DNA of 61,331 bases. Source: Pseudomonadota bacterium (lineage in GTDB: Bacteria > Bdellovibrionota_B > Oligoflexia > Oligoflexales > CAIMVM01). Within the stretch, counting starts at the first letter, position 1. Every line of letters starts with the position of its first letter. Below, piece after piece: positions 26,861 through 36,443 of this stretch. Location: assembly GCA_037142195.1 (NCBI GenBank), contig JBAXBA010000011.1:1-61331 (forward strand), in the 5' to 3' direction. Both the position numbers and the translations under genes were made by a program. The notes below the pieces were generated by a model, which was not told the DNA's origin, searched no databases, and worked only from the letters and a program-made list of their open reading frames with translations.

Positions 26861-29224
26861 CTAGGATGCTACTAAAACAATTTTAGAATCTTTTTTTTTC
26901 TCTGACTCATTCAAAATCACAATTTTTCCAGTTTTAGTATCAAAATCAACTATAAACCGGCTCCCTTTTGATTCACTGAACAGGATGATCTCACTTAAAG
27001 GCTTTTTCACCTCTTCCTGAATCAGTCGCTTCATAGGTCTGGCTCCCATGGCAGGATCATAGCCCTTTTTAGCCAAGAATGAGCGAGCTTCATCAGAGAT
27101 CTGCACTTCAACCTTTTGTGCTTTTGCTTTTTCTACTACCTCACCAAAAAACTTATCGACAATCTGAAGCATGATGGATTCTGGTAGGTGATAGAAAGAA
27201 ATAATGGCATCAATTCTGTTTCTAAACTCAGGCGTAAATGCCTTTTTTAGAGCGTCCTGTTCCTTGCCAGATTGAGGGCCGCTAAGTTCACCAAATCCAA
27301 TGCCTCTGCTGGACATTTCGTAGGCGCCGACGTTAGTCGTCATAATTAAAACTACATTTCTAAAATCAGTCTGCCTACCATTGGCATCTGTAAGGGTACC
27401 GTGATCCATAACCTGGAGCAAAATGTTATAGACATCAGGATGGGCTTTTTCAATTTCATCCAGCAATAGAATCGCATGGGGGTTTCTGTGAATGGCATCT
27501 GTTAATAATCCCCCGGCCTCATAGCCCACATACCCTGGAGGTGCACCTAGCAGACGGCTCACAGTATGTCTTTCCATATACTCAGACATGTCAAATCTGA
27601 TCAGCTCTGCTCCGAGCATTTCTGCAAGTTGCTTAGACAATTCCGTCTTGCCTACCCCAGTTGGTCCGGAGAACAAAAACGAACCGATCGGCTTAGAATC
27701 ATCGCCCATGCCAGATCGAGAAAGCCTAATGGCCGACTCAATGATTCCGACCGCCTGATCTTGTCCAAAGACTTTAGACTTGAGCCTCTCACCAAGGGTG
27801 TGCAGAGCCTCTTTCTCACTCGAGGCAATTCTCTCTTCTGGCACTCTTGCCATGCGGGCTACTACAGATTTAATATCGGCAACAGATATGGCACGAGGAT
27901 CTTCAGCTGTAGGCTTTAAGTTCTTTGCCGCAAACGAAGCTCCTACCTCGTCCATGACATCGATGGCCTTATCAGGAAGCTTCTTATCTCTCATGTGCTT
28001 GATTGACAAGTCAACAGCCGCTTTGATGGCAGACTTTGAATACCGCACATTGTGATGGGCCTCATAAGACGTTTTAAGACCTTCAAGGATTTTAATCGTG
28101 TCGTCGCGACCAGGTTCCTCGATATCAATTCTCTGAAAACGCCGGGTCATTGCATGATCCGATTCAAAGTGCTGTCTAAATTCTTTATAGGTCGTAGAAC
28201 CAATGCACCTAATCTCGCCGTTTGATAGAGATGGTTTTAGAATGTTTGATGCATCAAGGGAGCCACCGCTAACAGAACCAGCACCCACAATCGTATGAAT
28301 TTCATCAATGAATAAAATCGCTTTAGGATCCTTGGTTAAGCCTTTGATGAGACTTTTCAATCTCTCCTCAAAGTCCCCCCGAAATTTGGACCCAGCCAAC
28401 ATACTTCCTAGATCCAAAGAATAAACGACACAGCCCTTTAAAGCTTCAGGAACTTTATTTTCAACAATCCGCTTGGCAAGTCCTTCGGCAATTGCTGTTT
28501 TGCCTACACCCGCCTCTCCCACATAGAGGGGGTTATTTTTCCTTCGGCGGCAAAGAACTTGAATGGTTCTTTCGAGCTCTGGTTCACGTCCAATCAAGGG
28601 ATCGATTTTCCCCGCCAAAGCTTTTTTACAAAGGTTTACCGTAAAGGCTTCTAAAGCAGATTTTTTAACTTTTTTGTCACTATCCTCGCCCTCACTATCG
28701 GAACCTTCCCCTTGTGAATCCCTAGGCTCGGATCTCGAGCGTTCGTCGTCCTGACCCATATTTTTAGGAGAAATCCGGGAATCTTCAAATTCGATTCCTT
28801 CCTTAACAATACCGTGGGCTATAAAGCGAACGATATCAATCCGTGAGATTTCCTGTTTTTCAAGAAAGTATAGAGCATGGCTTTCGCGCTCACCAAAAAT
28901 GGACAAAAGCACCGCATCCCCATTAATAGTATCTTTACCTGCAGAAATAACTTGTTGGGCGGCCCGCTGTAGCACTCTTTGAAACCCAATAGTTGGTTTT
29001 GGAACTTCGCTTACTTTAATTTTTTCTAATTTCGTATCAAAAAAGTCTTCCAAGTCACTTCTGGTATTGTCAATGACACCACCGCAAGCTCGAATGGCTC
29101 TCTCAGCATCAGGGTTTGACAATAGGGAGTAAAGAATATGCTCTACAGTTACATATTCATGACCGCGTCTTTGTGCCTCAGCAACCGCTAAATTTAAGCT
29201 AGATTCTAGTTCACGACCAATCAT
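26861..29224 (-). CDS. clpA: ATP-dependent Clp protease ATPase ClpA
   Basis: Two AAA modules (GEAGVGKT, GPTGVGKT), no middle domain, IGF loop, downstream of clpS. Confidence 0.97.
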   Translation of the reverse strand: MIGRELESSLNLAVAEAQRRGHEYVTVEHILYSLLSNPDAERAIRACGGVIDNTRSDLEDFFDTKLEKIKVSEVPKPTIGFQRVLQRAAQQVISAGKDTINGDAVLLSIFGERESHALYFLEKQEISRIDIVRFIAHGIVKEGIEFEDSRISPKNMGQDDERSRSEPRDSQGEGSDSEGEDSDKKVKKSALEAFTVNLCKKALAGKIDPLIGREPELERTIQVLCRRRKNNPLYVGEAGVGKTAIAEGLAKRIVENKVPEALKGCVVYSLDLGSMLAGSKFRGDFEERLKSLIKGLTKDPKAILFIDEIHTIVGAGSVSGGSLDASNILKPSLSNGEIRCIGSTTYKEFRQHFESDHAMTRRFQRIDIEEPGRDDTIKILEGLKTSYEAHHNVRYSKSAIKAAVDLSIKHMRDKKLPDKAIDVMDEVGASFAAKNLKPTAEDPRAISVADIKSVVARMARVPEERIASSEKEALHTLGERLKSKVFGQDQAVGIIESAIRLSRSGMGDDSKPIGSFLFSGPTGVGKTELSKQLAEMLGAELIRFDMSEYMERHTVSRLLGAPPGYVGYEAGGLLTDAIHRNPHAILLLDEIEKAHPDVYNILLQVMDHGTLTDANGRQTDFRNVVLIMTTNVGAYEMSSRGIGFGELSGPQSGKEQDALKKAFTPEFRNRIDAIISFYHLPESIMLQIVDKFFGEVVEKAKAQKVEVQISDEARSFLAKKGYDPAMGARPMKRLIQEEVKKPLSEIILFSESKGSRFIVDFDTKTGKIVILNESEKKKDSKIVLVAS

Positions 29225-29337
29225 GTCATCCTCCCCACCTAAGCAATCTTCTTTTCGGGCCTATCACTCAAAAACCCTAGGAGAAATATTTAAATGCAAC
29301 AAAATCATTGGCTTACACACAAACAATTCCAGCACTT

Positions 29338-29652
29338 CTACGCTTCTTCAAAACTGCACCTGAGAGGAACTTCATTCTCCTTTGCCGTCTCTGCCACAAG
29401 CACGGTCTTGGTCTCAGCGACGTCATAGGTAAAGACGCCACATATACCAAAACCACTGTAGTGAACGTCGAGCATAATTTTTGTGGCTTCTTCATAAGTT
29501 TTGTTAAAAATCTTCTGAAGAACTTCCACCACAAAATCCATGGGGGTAAAGTCATCATTGTGGATAAGCACTTTGTACAATTTGGGAACTTTAACCTTTG
29601 ATCGAGCTAAAACCGCTACGCCAGATTGTTGTGAAGGCTTATCGCTACTCAT
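29338..29652 (-). CDS. clpS: Clp protease adaptor ClpS
   Basis: YKVLIHNDDFTPMDFVV, MLDVH, AETK. Confidence 0.97.
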   Translation of the reverse strand: MSSDKPSQQSGVAVLARSKVKVPKLYKVLIHNDDFTPMDFVVEVLQKIFNKTYEEATKIMLDVHYSGFGICGVFTYDVAETKTVLVAETAKENEVPLRCSFEEA

Positions 29653-29700
29653 TAAAGTTCCACCTTTCTCGACAAGTTAGACAATACCTGTATCCACTCA

Positions 29701-29743
29701 CAAAAACAAAAGATGGGGCTTAACCAACTCCTGTCAAGCCCCA
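29701..29743 (-). terminator. Intrinsic terminator after motB
   Basis: Minus strand TGGGGCTTGAC-N8-GTTAAGCCCCA followed by TCTTTTGTTTTT. Confidence 0.65.
29711..29738 (-). promoter_or_regulatory. Putative sigma32 (RpoH)-type promoter for clpS-clpA
   Basis: CTTGACA-N13-CCCCATCT, 58 bp upstream of the clpS start. Confidence 0.65.
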
Positions 29744-29771
29744 CCCTGGATTCTTTACTAAATTACGTAAA

Positions 29772-30470
29772 CTATCCATGCTTAGTTCCCTTGTCATTGC
29801 CTTCCGCAGGTTCAATGGGAAGTTTCAACCAGACGGCAACCCGTCGATTGGTAGCTCTGGCTTTTTCAAGAGCAGATCCGGTCAAATATTTATACTCAAC
29901 TTTAGGTCGAGTATGTGCATATGCAACTACAGAAATATTTGACTCCGAGACTCCGAGCTTGACGAGACGTCTCAGTAGTTGAATGCCCCTTGCGCTCGAA
30001 AGATTCCAATTCAGATTCTCCAGTTGCCCATAGACTTGATCATCAGTATGACCTTCAATGACTATTTGAAACTCCCTCCCGAGCTTAGCAATCGAGCTCA
30101 GGATATGTTCGGCAAGGGGAATCTTGCCGACGGCAATATCATTAGATCCTGCGTTAAAGAAAACTTGATCCTTAAACTCTATATAGATACCTTGTGGCAT
30201 CTTTGTGACTTCCGCTTGATCGAGAATTTTCTCTGTTTCAATGACTTTCATCACTTCGCCAGCAACTTTATTGAGATGAAACTCTCGTTCATCAACTTTC
30301 AACTCTTTTTCTTCTGAATGAGTCATGGCCTTAAGTACATTTTTTTTGCGTGGTTCCATGGTACTCACTAGCAATACAAAGCAGGACAAAAGCGTCAGGC
30401 AAAGGTCGGTGAAAGATAGAAGCCATAGTCCATCTTCTTTTTTGACGTTTCTTCGCTTGTATCCACTCAT
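29772..30470 (-). CDS. motB: MotB/OmpA-family stator protein
   Basis: WLLSFTD transmembrane Asp; IEGHTDD, NWNLSSAR, NRRV. Confidence 0.88.
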   Translation of the reverse strand: MSGYKRRNVKKEDGLWLLSFTDLCLTLLSCFVLLVSTMEPRKKNVLKAMTHSEEKELKVDEREFHLNKVAGEVMKVIETEKILDQAEVTKMPQGIYIEFKDQVFFNAGSNDIAVGKIPLAEHILSSIAKLGREFQIVIEGHTDDQVYGQLENLNWNLSSARGIQLLRRLVKLGVSESNISVVAYAHTRPKVEYKYLTGSALEKARATNRRVAVWLKLPIEPAEGNDKGTKHG

Positions 30471-31309
30471 GCCGATTCCTGTGATTTTCTCGCCGAAAGC
30501 TTACCTATAGAACCTTCTTTGTGCTTCGCAGAACCATAAGTCTTCACAATGCTATTCATGTGAAGGCTTGACTTTCTTCCTTTAAGAGCCAACACACCTT
30601 CCATAACTAGCAAATCCATTTCATTTAGTTTTTCGCCCTCAATCGATATCTTCTCGGAAAACGGTGCATAGAAAAATGTCCCTTGCGCCAAGCCGTAAAG
30701 GGTACCGATCATCGCTAAGGCCATCCCGCTGCCAATGGACGAGGGGTCATTAAGATTGGACATCATGCTAATAAGGCCCATAAGGGTTCCGAGCATCCCT
30801 ACGCCTGGAGATACTTTGGCCATATTTTCGAAGAGGCTTGATGCTAAAAATACCTGGTTTTGACGCGCTTGAATCTTGGCTTCTAAGTTATGCCTAATCT
30901 CATCCGCAGTAAAGTTGTTAAGTATGAGAGAAACCCCATCTATGAGAAGATCGTACTCCAGAGATGCCTTTTCTTTAGTTAAAGCTCCAATTCCTTCGCT
31001 ACGGATTCTAGCTGAACAGTTTGATAGGGAATCAATGACTTTAGCCTGCTGCTTTGCATGATTTCCAAACATAGAACGAAATAGAATGCGATAGCCGGTA
31101 AAGAAATCTGTCAATGTATGAGAAAGCATCATGATAGACGGAGGCAAAACTACAGTCAAAACAAGAGCATGTTTATCAAAAAATCCGCCGAATCCAGAAG
31201 CAGGATGGCTTACCGTGTAATAGACACCGAAGAAAATCCCAAGTATTCCAATAAGCGCCGACATAACTTCCCCGCTTTGAGTATTCTTTATTTTAAAGCG
31301 GCCTTCCAT
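30467..31309 (-). CDS. motA: MotA-family stator protein
   Basis: R.EG...L, PGVGMLGTLMGL, IGSGMALA..GTLYG; overlaps the motB start. Confidence 0.88.
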   Translation of the reverse strand: MEGRFKIKNTQSGEVMSALIGILGIFFGVYYTVSHPASGFGGFFDKHALVLTVVLPPSIMMLSHTLTDFFTGYRILFRSMFGNHAKQQAKVIDSLSNCSARIRSEGIGALTKEKASLEYDLLIDGVSLILNNFTADEIRHNLEAKIQARQNQVFLASSLFENMAKVSPGVGMLGTLMGLISMMSNLNDPSSIGSGMALAMIGTLYGLAQGTFFYAPFSEKISIEGEKLNEMDLLVMEGVLALKGRKSSLHMNSIVKTYGSAKHKEGSIGKLSARKSQESA

Positions 31310-31494
31310 TTATAGCGGTAGTGAAAAATTGCCGGCTATTTCCCGGCACAGATTTGAGAATCCCAAAAATCCGTGTTAGCTAGGACCTTAAGGGGGCAAA
31401 ATTTATGGTCCAACGCTCCAGGCTCTATAAGAGTCAGCATGAAGCAGCCTGAAGTAAAAGGCGTAATAATAGAAGAGGCGCCATCGGTTTTGGA

Positions 31495-31775
31495 ATAAAA
31501 CTCTTGATACCGGGGTGGAGCTCTGACTGGGGGGGGGGGTAAGTTCGCCAGGGATTTGGGCGATGCCCCTGGCTATAGACATGACGTATTTTTCTCTGAA
31601 TGAGCTTTGGCAGTGAACTTTGGCAGCATGTGAAAAAAGAAGGTGTTGGAACTCGTTTCACACGTCTTGATACGATCAGATCAAGTCTTAATGGAAAATA
31701 TGTGCCAGATGCAGATGTGAAATCAGTTACCAGTATCATGGCCATTCAAAGGCCCACAGAACTGGTTTAATGATA
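31495..31775 (+). pseudogene. IS1634-family transposase remnant
   Basis: Fragments in shifting frames: FGRC (LGRxLD-like), TRLDTIRSSLNGKY (HLDTTSFSLxGxY-like) and YHGHSKAHRTGL at 31734-31769 (YGHSKDHRPDL-like). Boundaries are approximate. Confidence 0.6.
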
Positions 31776-31822
31776 AATGATTATCTGCAAGCCATCCCTA
31801 TTTTCCGTTAAACTTCTTGAGA

Positions 31823-33712
31823 TCAGCGGCCACCAGTGTTGGATGCCCAAACTGGATCGCTGCCATTATAAATTACGAGATTTCCATCGTTTTGCATGAT
31901 TAAACTATTCGCTTTTCTGCCGCCGGTATGAGACGCCCACACGACACTGGAATCCTTATAGAGTAATAAATTCCCATCATATTGAAGAATAGCAAAAGTT
32001 GCACCCGAGCCTCCCGTGTTGGACGCCCAAATGGCGCTTCCAGCCTGATAAATTACGAGATTGCCATCCTCTTGCATGGCTAATTGAAAGCGACCATCGG
32101 TAGAACATAGCAATTGAGCAACTTCTATACGCTGGCCGGCACTTAGAATGCTGCCGATACAAATTTTTGGGGTGACTTTTGTTTGAGTATTTGGAGCCTC
32201 TTTTGAGGAATTAGAAGGTGCTTGAGGGGGAGGAAGACCCATTCCATTCCCATTAGCAATCGCATAATCACGATACAAATTGCCTTCGATATCGTAAATC
32301 GTACTGCCATTTTCAAGCATTTTAAGGAAATATTGTTTCGTGCCTTCATCAGCATCCCAGTTCTTGTATTTTCTGTAGAGCGCAGAAACCACTCGCACAG
32401 CCTCATCAGATTGAGCGAGATACTTTTGAATCAATCTAGGGTCAAGGGATGCTGGGCTATTTAGCCAATAGTCTAAATCACCAGAATTAGGTTTTCTATT
32501 AAACACATCAAAAAAAGCTTTAGTAACATTGACAGCTTGCTGTCCTGCAAAGTATTTTGCATCATTTACCTGAGACTCAATAACCTCTCGACGAAGGGCA
32601 CCGAAAGACTCATTTGGAGCCATCGAGCCATCAGTCTTAAAAAGACCATAAGGTCTTTCATAAGTATTCCAATAGAATGCTAATGGGATGCCCACATCTT
32701 CGAAAGCTCGAACGGCAGCATGAACTTGCGACCTTTGAAACCCTGGAGTGTCCGATTCAGGATAGGCAAATTCAGAAATAAAAAGTGGCCGGCCAGCTCT
32801 GGCTTTAATATCGTTAAGATCGCTCACTATGCTTTTGTAAATGGAGTCGGGATCCTTTGATCCTCCCCTATTTGAAATAGTTTCCCAGGCAGAATAGGAA
32901 ATCCAATCACTCGGGACTTGGGGTACCACTGAGCCAAGAAAAGTGTTACGTTTGTTCGCCTGAACAATACCTATTCGATTCATTTCTAATGCGAAATCGA
33001 CTTTGACATCCGACGCTACCATATCCCTAGCCTGTGCGATGCCCTCTTGAGTGGAGCGAAACCAACGAACAAAGTTCGTCACTCTTGAATCCGGAACCTC
33101 AAGATTGTCTTCGTAGCCGGCCATCAGCAGCCAATCGCCCTCCCAATTCTTCAAAATGAAACGTTTTTTGGTCCCACTATACGTTTTCATCAAATAAGTT
33201 GTTAGGTCGAAGAATTCTTTGCGGTTTGCAGCGTATTCGTCATCGGTCAAGTAATGATCCCGAATATTCAGCCCTATCGAACTGAAGCTATCGGTTGTAC
33301 ATGTCAATACGACGTTCTCAAACATCGAGAAGGCTCGTCGATAGGGGGGGAGATCGGCAAGCTCAGTAAGAGTCTTGGGCTTTATGGAGCCAAAATCCTG
33401 CTTGCTATATTTAGACTGATATTCTGGCGTTAGGTAAAAGAAGGCACTTCTTACATTGATACGTAAAATCGCTGCCACCCCATCATCTAAGGTCTGTTTG
33501 TCGAACTCGGGTTCGTGTCCAATATGAGAGATGCCAATCATATGGTCTCCACGCACATAAGGGTCAAACTTATAGTCTGTATTCAACTTGGCTCCCAGAA
33601 GAGATGCTGGACTTTTACTAGCCTTATTGGTTCGGAAATTAAGAAAGCTATCGGTGCAAGCAGTACCAGCCAAAATTCCAAAAGAAACAAGACAGACGCT
33701 TAAGTGTTTCAT
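31823..33712 (-). CDS. Lipoprotein: putative glycoside hydrolase domain + DUF4214-like repeats + bulb-type lectin domain
   Basis: Lipobox GTAC; NWEGDW and FISEF glutamates; FNRKPNSGDLDYWL repeat; Pro-rich linker; QEDGNLVIY, QYDGNLLLY and QNDGNLVIY lectin sites. Confidence 0.8.
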   Translation of the reverse strand: MKHLSVCLVSFGILAGTACTDSFLNFRTNKASKSPASLLGAKLNTDYKFDPYVRGDHMIGISHIGHEPEFDKQTLDDGVAAILRINVRSAFFYLTPEYQSKYSKQDFGSIKPKTLTELADLPPYRRAFSMFENVVLTCTTDSFSSIGLNIRDHYLTDDEYAANRKEFFDLTTYLMKTYSGTKKRFILKNWEGDWLLMAGYEDNLEVPDSRVTNFVRWFRSTQEGIAQARDMVASDVKVDFALEMNRIGIVQANKRNTFLGSVVPQVPSDWISYSAWETISNRGGSKDPDSIYKSIVSDLNDIKARAGRPLFISEFAYPESDTPGFQRSQVHAAVRAFEDVGIPLAFYWNTYERPYGLFKTDGSMAPNESFGALRREVIESQVNDAKYFAGQQAVNVTKAFFDVFNRKPNSGDLDYWLNSPASLDPRLIQKYLAQSDEAVRVVSALYRKYKNWDADEGTKQYFLKMLENGSTIYDIEGNLYRDYAIANGNGMGLPPPQAPSNSSKEAPNTQTKVTPKICIGSILSAGQRIEVAQLLCSTDGRFQLAMQEDGNLVIYQAGSAIWASNTGGSGATFAILQYDGNLLLYKDSSVVWASHTGGRKANSLIMQNDGNLVIYNGSDPVWASNTGGR

Positions 33713-33746
33713 GTTAATTCTAACTCCTTAAGAAAGTTAGCTATAA

Positions 33747-33773
33747 TTATCGGCCGTTAGAGCTGGAAACTTA
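33747..33773 (-). promoter_or_regulatory. Putative sigma28 (FliA)-type promoter
   Basis: TAAG-N15-GCCGATAA, 34 bp upstream of the start at 33712. Confidence 0.75.
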
Positions 33774-34372
33774 AAAAAACTGATTTCCATTTTAATTTAA
33801 AGATGTTGCCGCATATTAATCCCGGGCCAAGTGAAGCCTCTTTTTGAAGCCTCTTTTTTCTAAGAACTCACCTGACCTCCTAAAAGGCACAACAGGCAGT
33901 AGCGGCAGAAAAAAATAGGTAACCTCAATTTATTCAAGATTTGCACTCGTGCAACCAGCCGGCGCATGAAGAAGTTAGATGGCAACACTTCACTTGTCAG
34001 AGATTGGAGTCTGGGCGGTGTTGAGCTTCAGGAATTCAGTTTGGGGGCTATTCGCCGCGCAGCAAGTACCAAACATAAACGGTAATTTCCAAGCAATAGC
34101 CCTTCAGGCGCGGAGCTAAGCCTCCTAAGTGGATCTCAACGCTTTTTGCCAACGAGTTCATTCGGCATCATTAACTGGAAAAAAGGAAGAGAGCTGATAT
34201 TAAGTTTACCAGGTCATCTATCTAATTTAGACAAACTTTGCTCTTAAGCCCTGCGGCAATCAAATGAAAACGAGGACTGCTCCTTTTTTGTTATCGATTG
34301 CCTTAGCGCTTCCGTGGAAAGCCCCCCCCTTTGATAACGAAGGAGCTGTAAAACTAGTCTTTGAAAAAACTT

Positions 34373-35119
34373 TTAAAGGGGCGCTCCCAACGGCAGGGAA
34401 AGCCACTGCTCAGAAGTGAGCTCTTTGGGGGCGACTTCAGGGTACTTTTTGGTAAAACGCTCGGGATCCATGGGACGGCGGGTGCACTTTTCGATTTTGT
34501 AGATTCTGGAATAATAATAGACAAATTTACCATCAATTCCACGGCAGGCCTCATCCACGGGAATGACATCTACGTCCCGGGAGGTAATCTCTGCCTCACT
34601 TTCATAAACGGAAGCATAGTCTTTTCCTTCCTTGATACTTTTGAACTCGTCCCAGGTCAGCTCGAGAATGGTAGATTCTTTGTCTAAGCCGCCTCTTTGG
34701 CGTGAATAACTCATCCAGTCTGGAAATTTTCTTCGGCTACAGCCGGTTACTAGCCAGATCTCTTCAAAATCTAAAGAAACATATTTCCCTTCAAGCTCGC
34801 TACAAGTCCGCTTTTTAGCAACCTGAGTCCTTTGTCCTTCTTTTAGTCCGCGCACCACAGCTGCCTCAATATCTGAAACCAGTTCTCCAGAGTTGGTACG
34901 ACGATAGACTTCCTCAGACGTTAAAGGAATTCTCTTGCATCCTTTGACTTCCCAAACGTCCGAATAGAAAGCTACCAACTTCCCCTCATATTGACGGCAG
35001 TACTGATCGGCCGTTGGCTCTGAATTTGAGGAAGGCTGCGATTTCTTTTTGTTTTGCGTTGATAAGGCCAACGAATTCGCAGAGAAAAAAGCGAGAAGAA
35101 GTAGTGCCGCAAGTCTCAT
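34373..35119 (-). CDS. Secreted protein with three Cys-paired repeats
   Basis: Signal peptide; three copies of C-x3-[ED]GK-x-V...[IV][WY]-x-[VI]-x-x-C-x-R. Confidence 0.8.
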   Translation of the reverse strand: MRLAALLLLAFFSANSLALSTQNKKKSQPSSNSEPTADQYCRQYEGKLVAFYSDVWEVKGCKRIPLTSEEVYRRTNSGELVSDIEAAVVRGLKEGQRTQVAKKRTCSELEGKYVSLDFEEIWLVTGCSRRKFPDWMSYSRQRGGLDKESTILELTWDEFKSIKEGKDYASVYESEAEITSRDVDVIPVDEACRGIDGKFVYYYSRIYKIEKCTRRPMDPERFTKKYPEVAPKELTSEQWLSLPLGAPL

Positions 35120-35170
35120 AAAAATCTCCTCTTTTAGGTCACATTCCGGGAGTCCCTAAATACCCTTTGG

Positions 35171-35197
35171 TATTCGGCTAAACAAAATCAAGGTTGA
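35171..35197 (-). promoter_or_regulatory. Putative sigma28 (FliA)-type promoter
   Basis: TCAA-N15-GCCGAATA upstream of 35119; a second GCCGAATA lies at 35210-35217. Confidence 0.55.
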
Positions 35198-35441
35198 GGA
35201 AAAATATCATATTCGGCAGCTGCCGTCCTGTCTAAAGTATGGTCACTTGGTTTTTTTAGGCTTATTTTTTCAATATTTTTGAAATGTTAACACCAGCATC
35301 ATTCAAAATATTGAAAGCTTTCAATACCTTGTAGCTTTGTGTTAGACTCTAGGTTCGGCATGGGCCATGTAAGTGATCGGGACCAGGTAGAGAAGACTCT
35401 AAAAGCGCCCCTTCGCTCCCTTAAATAAGGAGGACAAGATC

Positions 35442-36389
35442 ATGAATTTTTGGGAACCAAGACGGATGTCCAAGTTTAAAACAAGTGCAGTGCAGCGCAA
35501 TCTTGCTGTGACGATTTCACTCGGTATGATCCTCGTTGGAGTTGCTGATGGGACTCATAGGCATAACTCAAGCTCCGTATCCTCTGCCCTAGCACAAGAC
35601 CTAACCTTAGACTTATTAAATGGTGACGTTTCTGAGTCTTTGGAGCACGGGTTGTTTCCTTCTTTTTTGCCCAATAGGGATACACAAGAAGGACTTGGCG
35701 GTGAAGACGATACTATTACTGAGGAAGATGAGCTCAAATTGCTTGGGGGAGATCTTTTTACAGATCAGCTAGAAGGGCCTGCAAGGCCTGGAAGCACCAT
35801 TGAACGGATGAGAAGGAAGTTTGATCTTTTTTATGAAAGATTTGTATTTCAAAACCAGGATTTTCTAGATCTTAATTCCAACGAAGACTCCATCCCCACC
35901 TTGCTTCCTGTAGATCATTTTACGATGACTTCTGGGTTTGGTGTTAGAAAATCCCCTTTTTCAGGCCGCTCCCGGGTCCACAGAGGGATTGATCTTAGGG
36001 CTAGCTATGGAACTGATGTTAAAGCAGCCGGATCTGGTCGCGTAGTTTCCACGACTTATCACAGATCCTATGGCCGCATGGTGATCCTGGATCATGGTAA
36101 TGGCCTAGAGTCCAGATATGCTCACAACTCAAAGATTCATGTAAAAGTTGGCGATCAGGTTAAAAAAGGACAGCTCATTTCCCAAATCGGCATGACGGGC
36201 CGTACCACAGGGCCTCACTTACACTTTGAAATTTGGCTCCACGGGCACCCGATCAATCCTTTAAAGTTTGTCGATGTGCCGTTCCATCTTATTGCGCGGG
36301 AAGCATTTCTTAGATCTAAATCTGGCCTATCGGAAACAAATGCTCAACAGCCGCAGGCTGGAGGTGTGGAAATTGACCATGATGAGTAG
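35442..36389 (+). CDS. M23 family metallopeptidase
   Basis: TSGFGVR, HRGID, YAH, TGPHLHFE. Confidence 0.93.
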   Translation: MNFWEPRRMSKFKTSAVQRNLAVTISLGMILVGVADGTHRHNSSSVSSALAQDLTLDLLNGDVSESLEHGLFPSFLPNRDTQEGLGGEDDTITEEDELKLLGGDLFTDQLEGPARPGSTIERMRRKFDLFYERFVFQNQDFLDLNSNEDSIPTLLPVDHFTMTSGFGVRKSPFSGRSRVHRGIDLRASYGTDVKAAGSGRVVSTTYHRSYGRMVILDHGNGLESRYAHNSKIHVKVGDQVKKGQLISQIGMTGRTTGPHLHFEIWLHGHPINPLKFVDVPFHLIAREAFLRSKSGLSETNAQQPQAGGVEIDHDE

Positions 36390-36405
36390 ACCATACGCCT
36401 GAAAC

Positions 36406-36443
36406 TTCAGTCCCAATCCTACAAAAATGGAATGGGGCTGGAA
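36406..36443. terminator. Hairpin between the convergent M23 and maf genes
   Basis: TCAGTCCCA-A-TCC pairs with GGA-A-TGGGGCTGG. Confidence 0.4.

Noticed and set aside
29772..31309. Zorya (ZorAB) defence system
   Set aside because: MotA has no long cytoplasmic tail and no zorC/D/E neighbours are present.
33966..34085. Short frame containing RDWSLGG (PilZ-like DxSxxG), and a nearby 14-bp duplication at about 33832-33858
   Set aside because: Only 39 codons with no further PilZ support; possibly gene debris.
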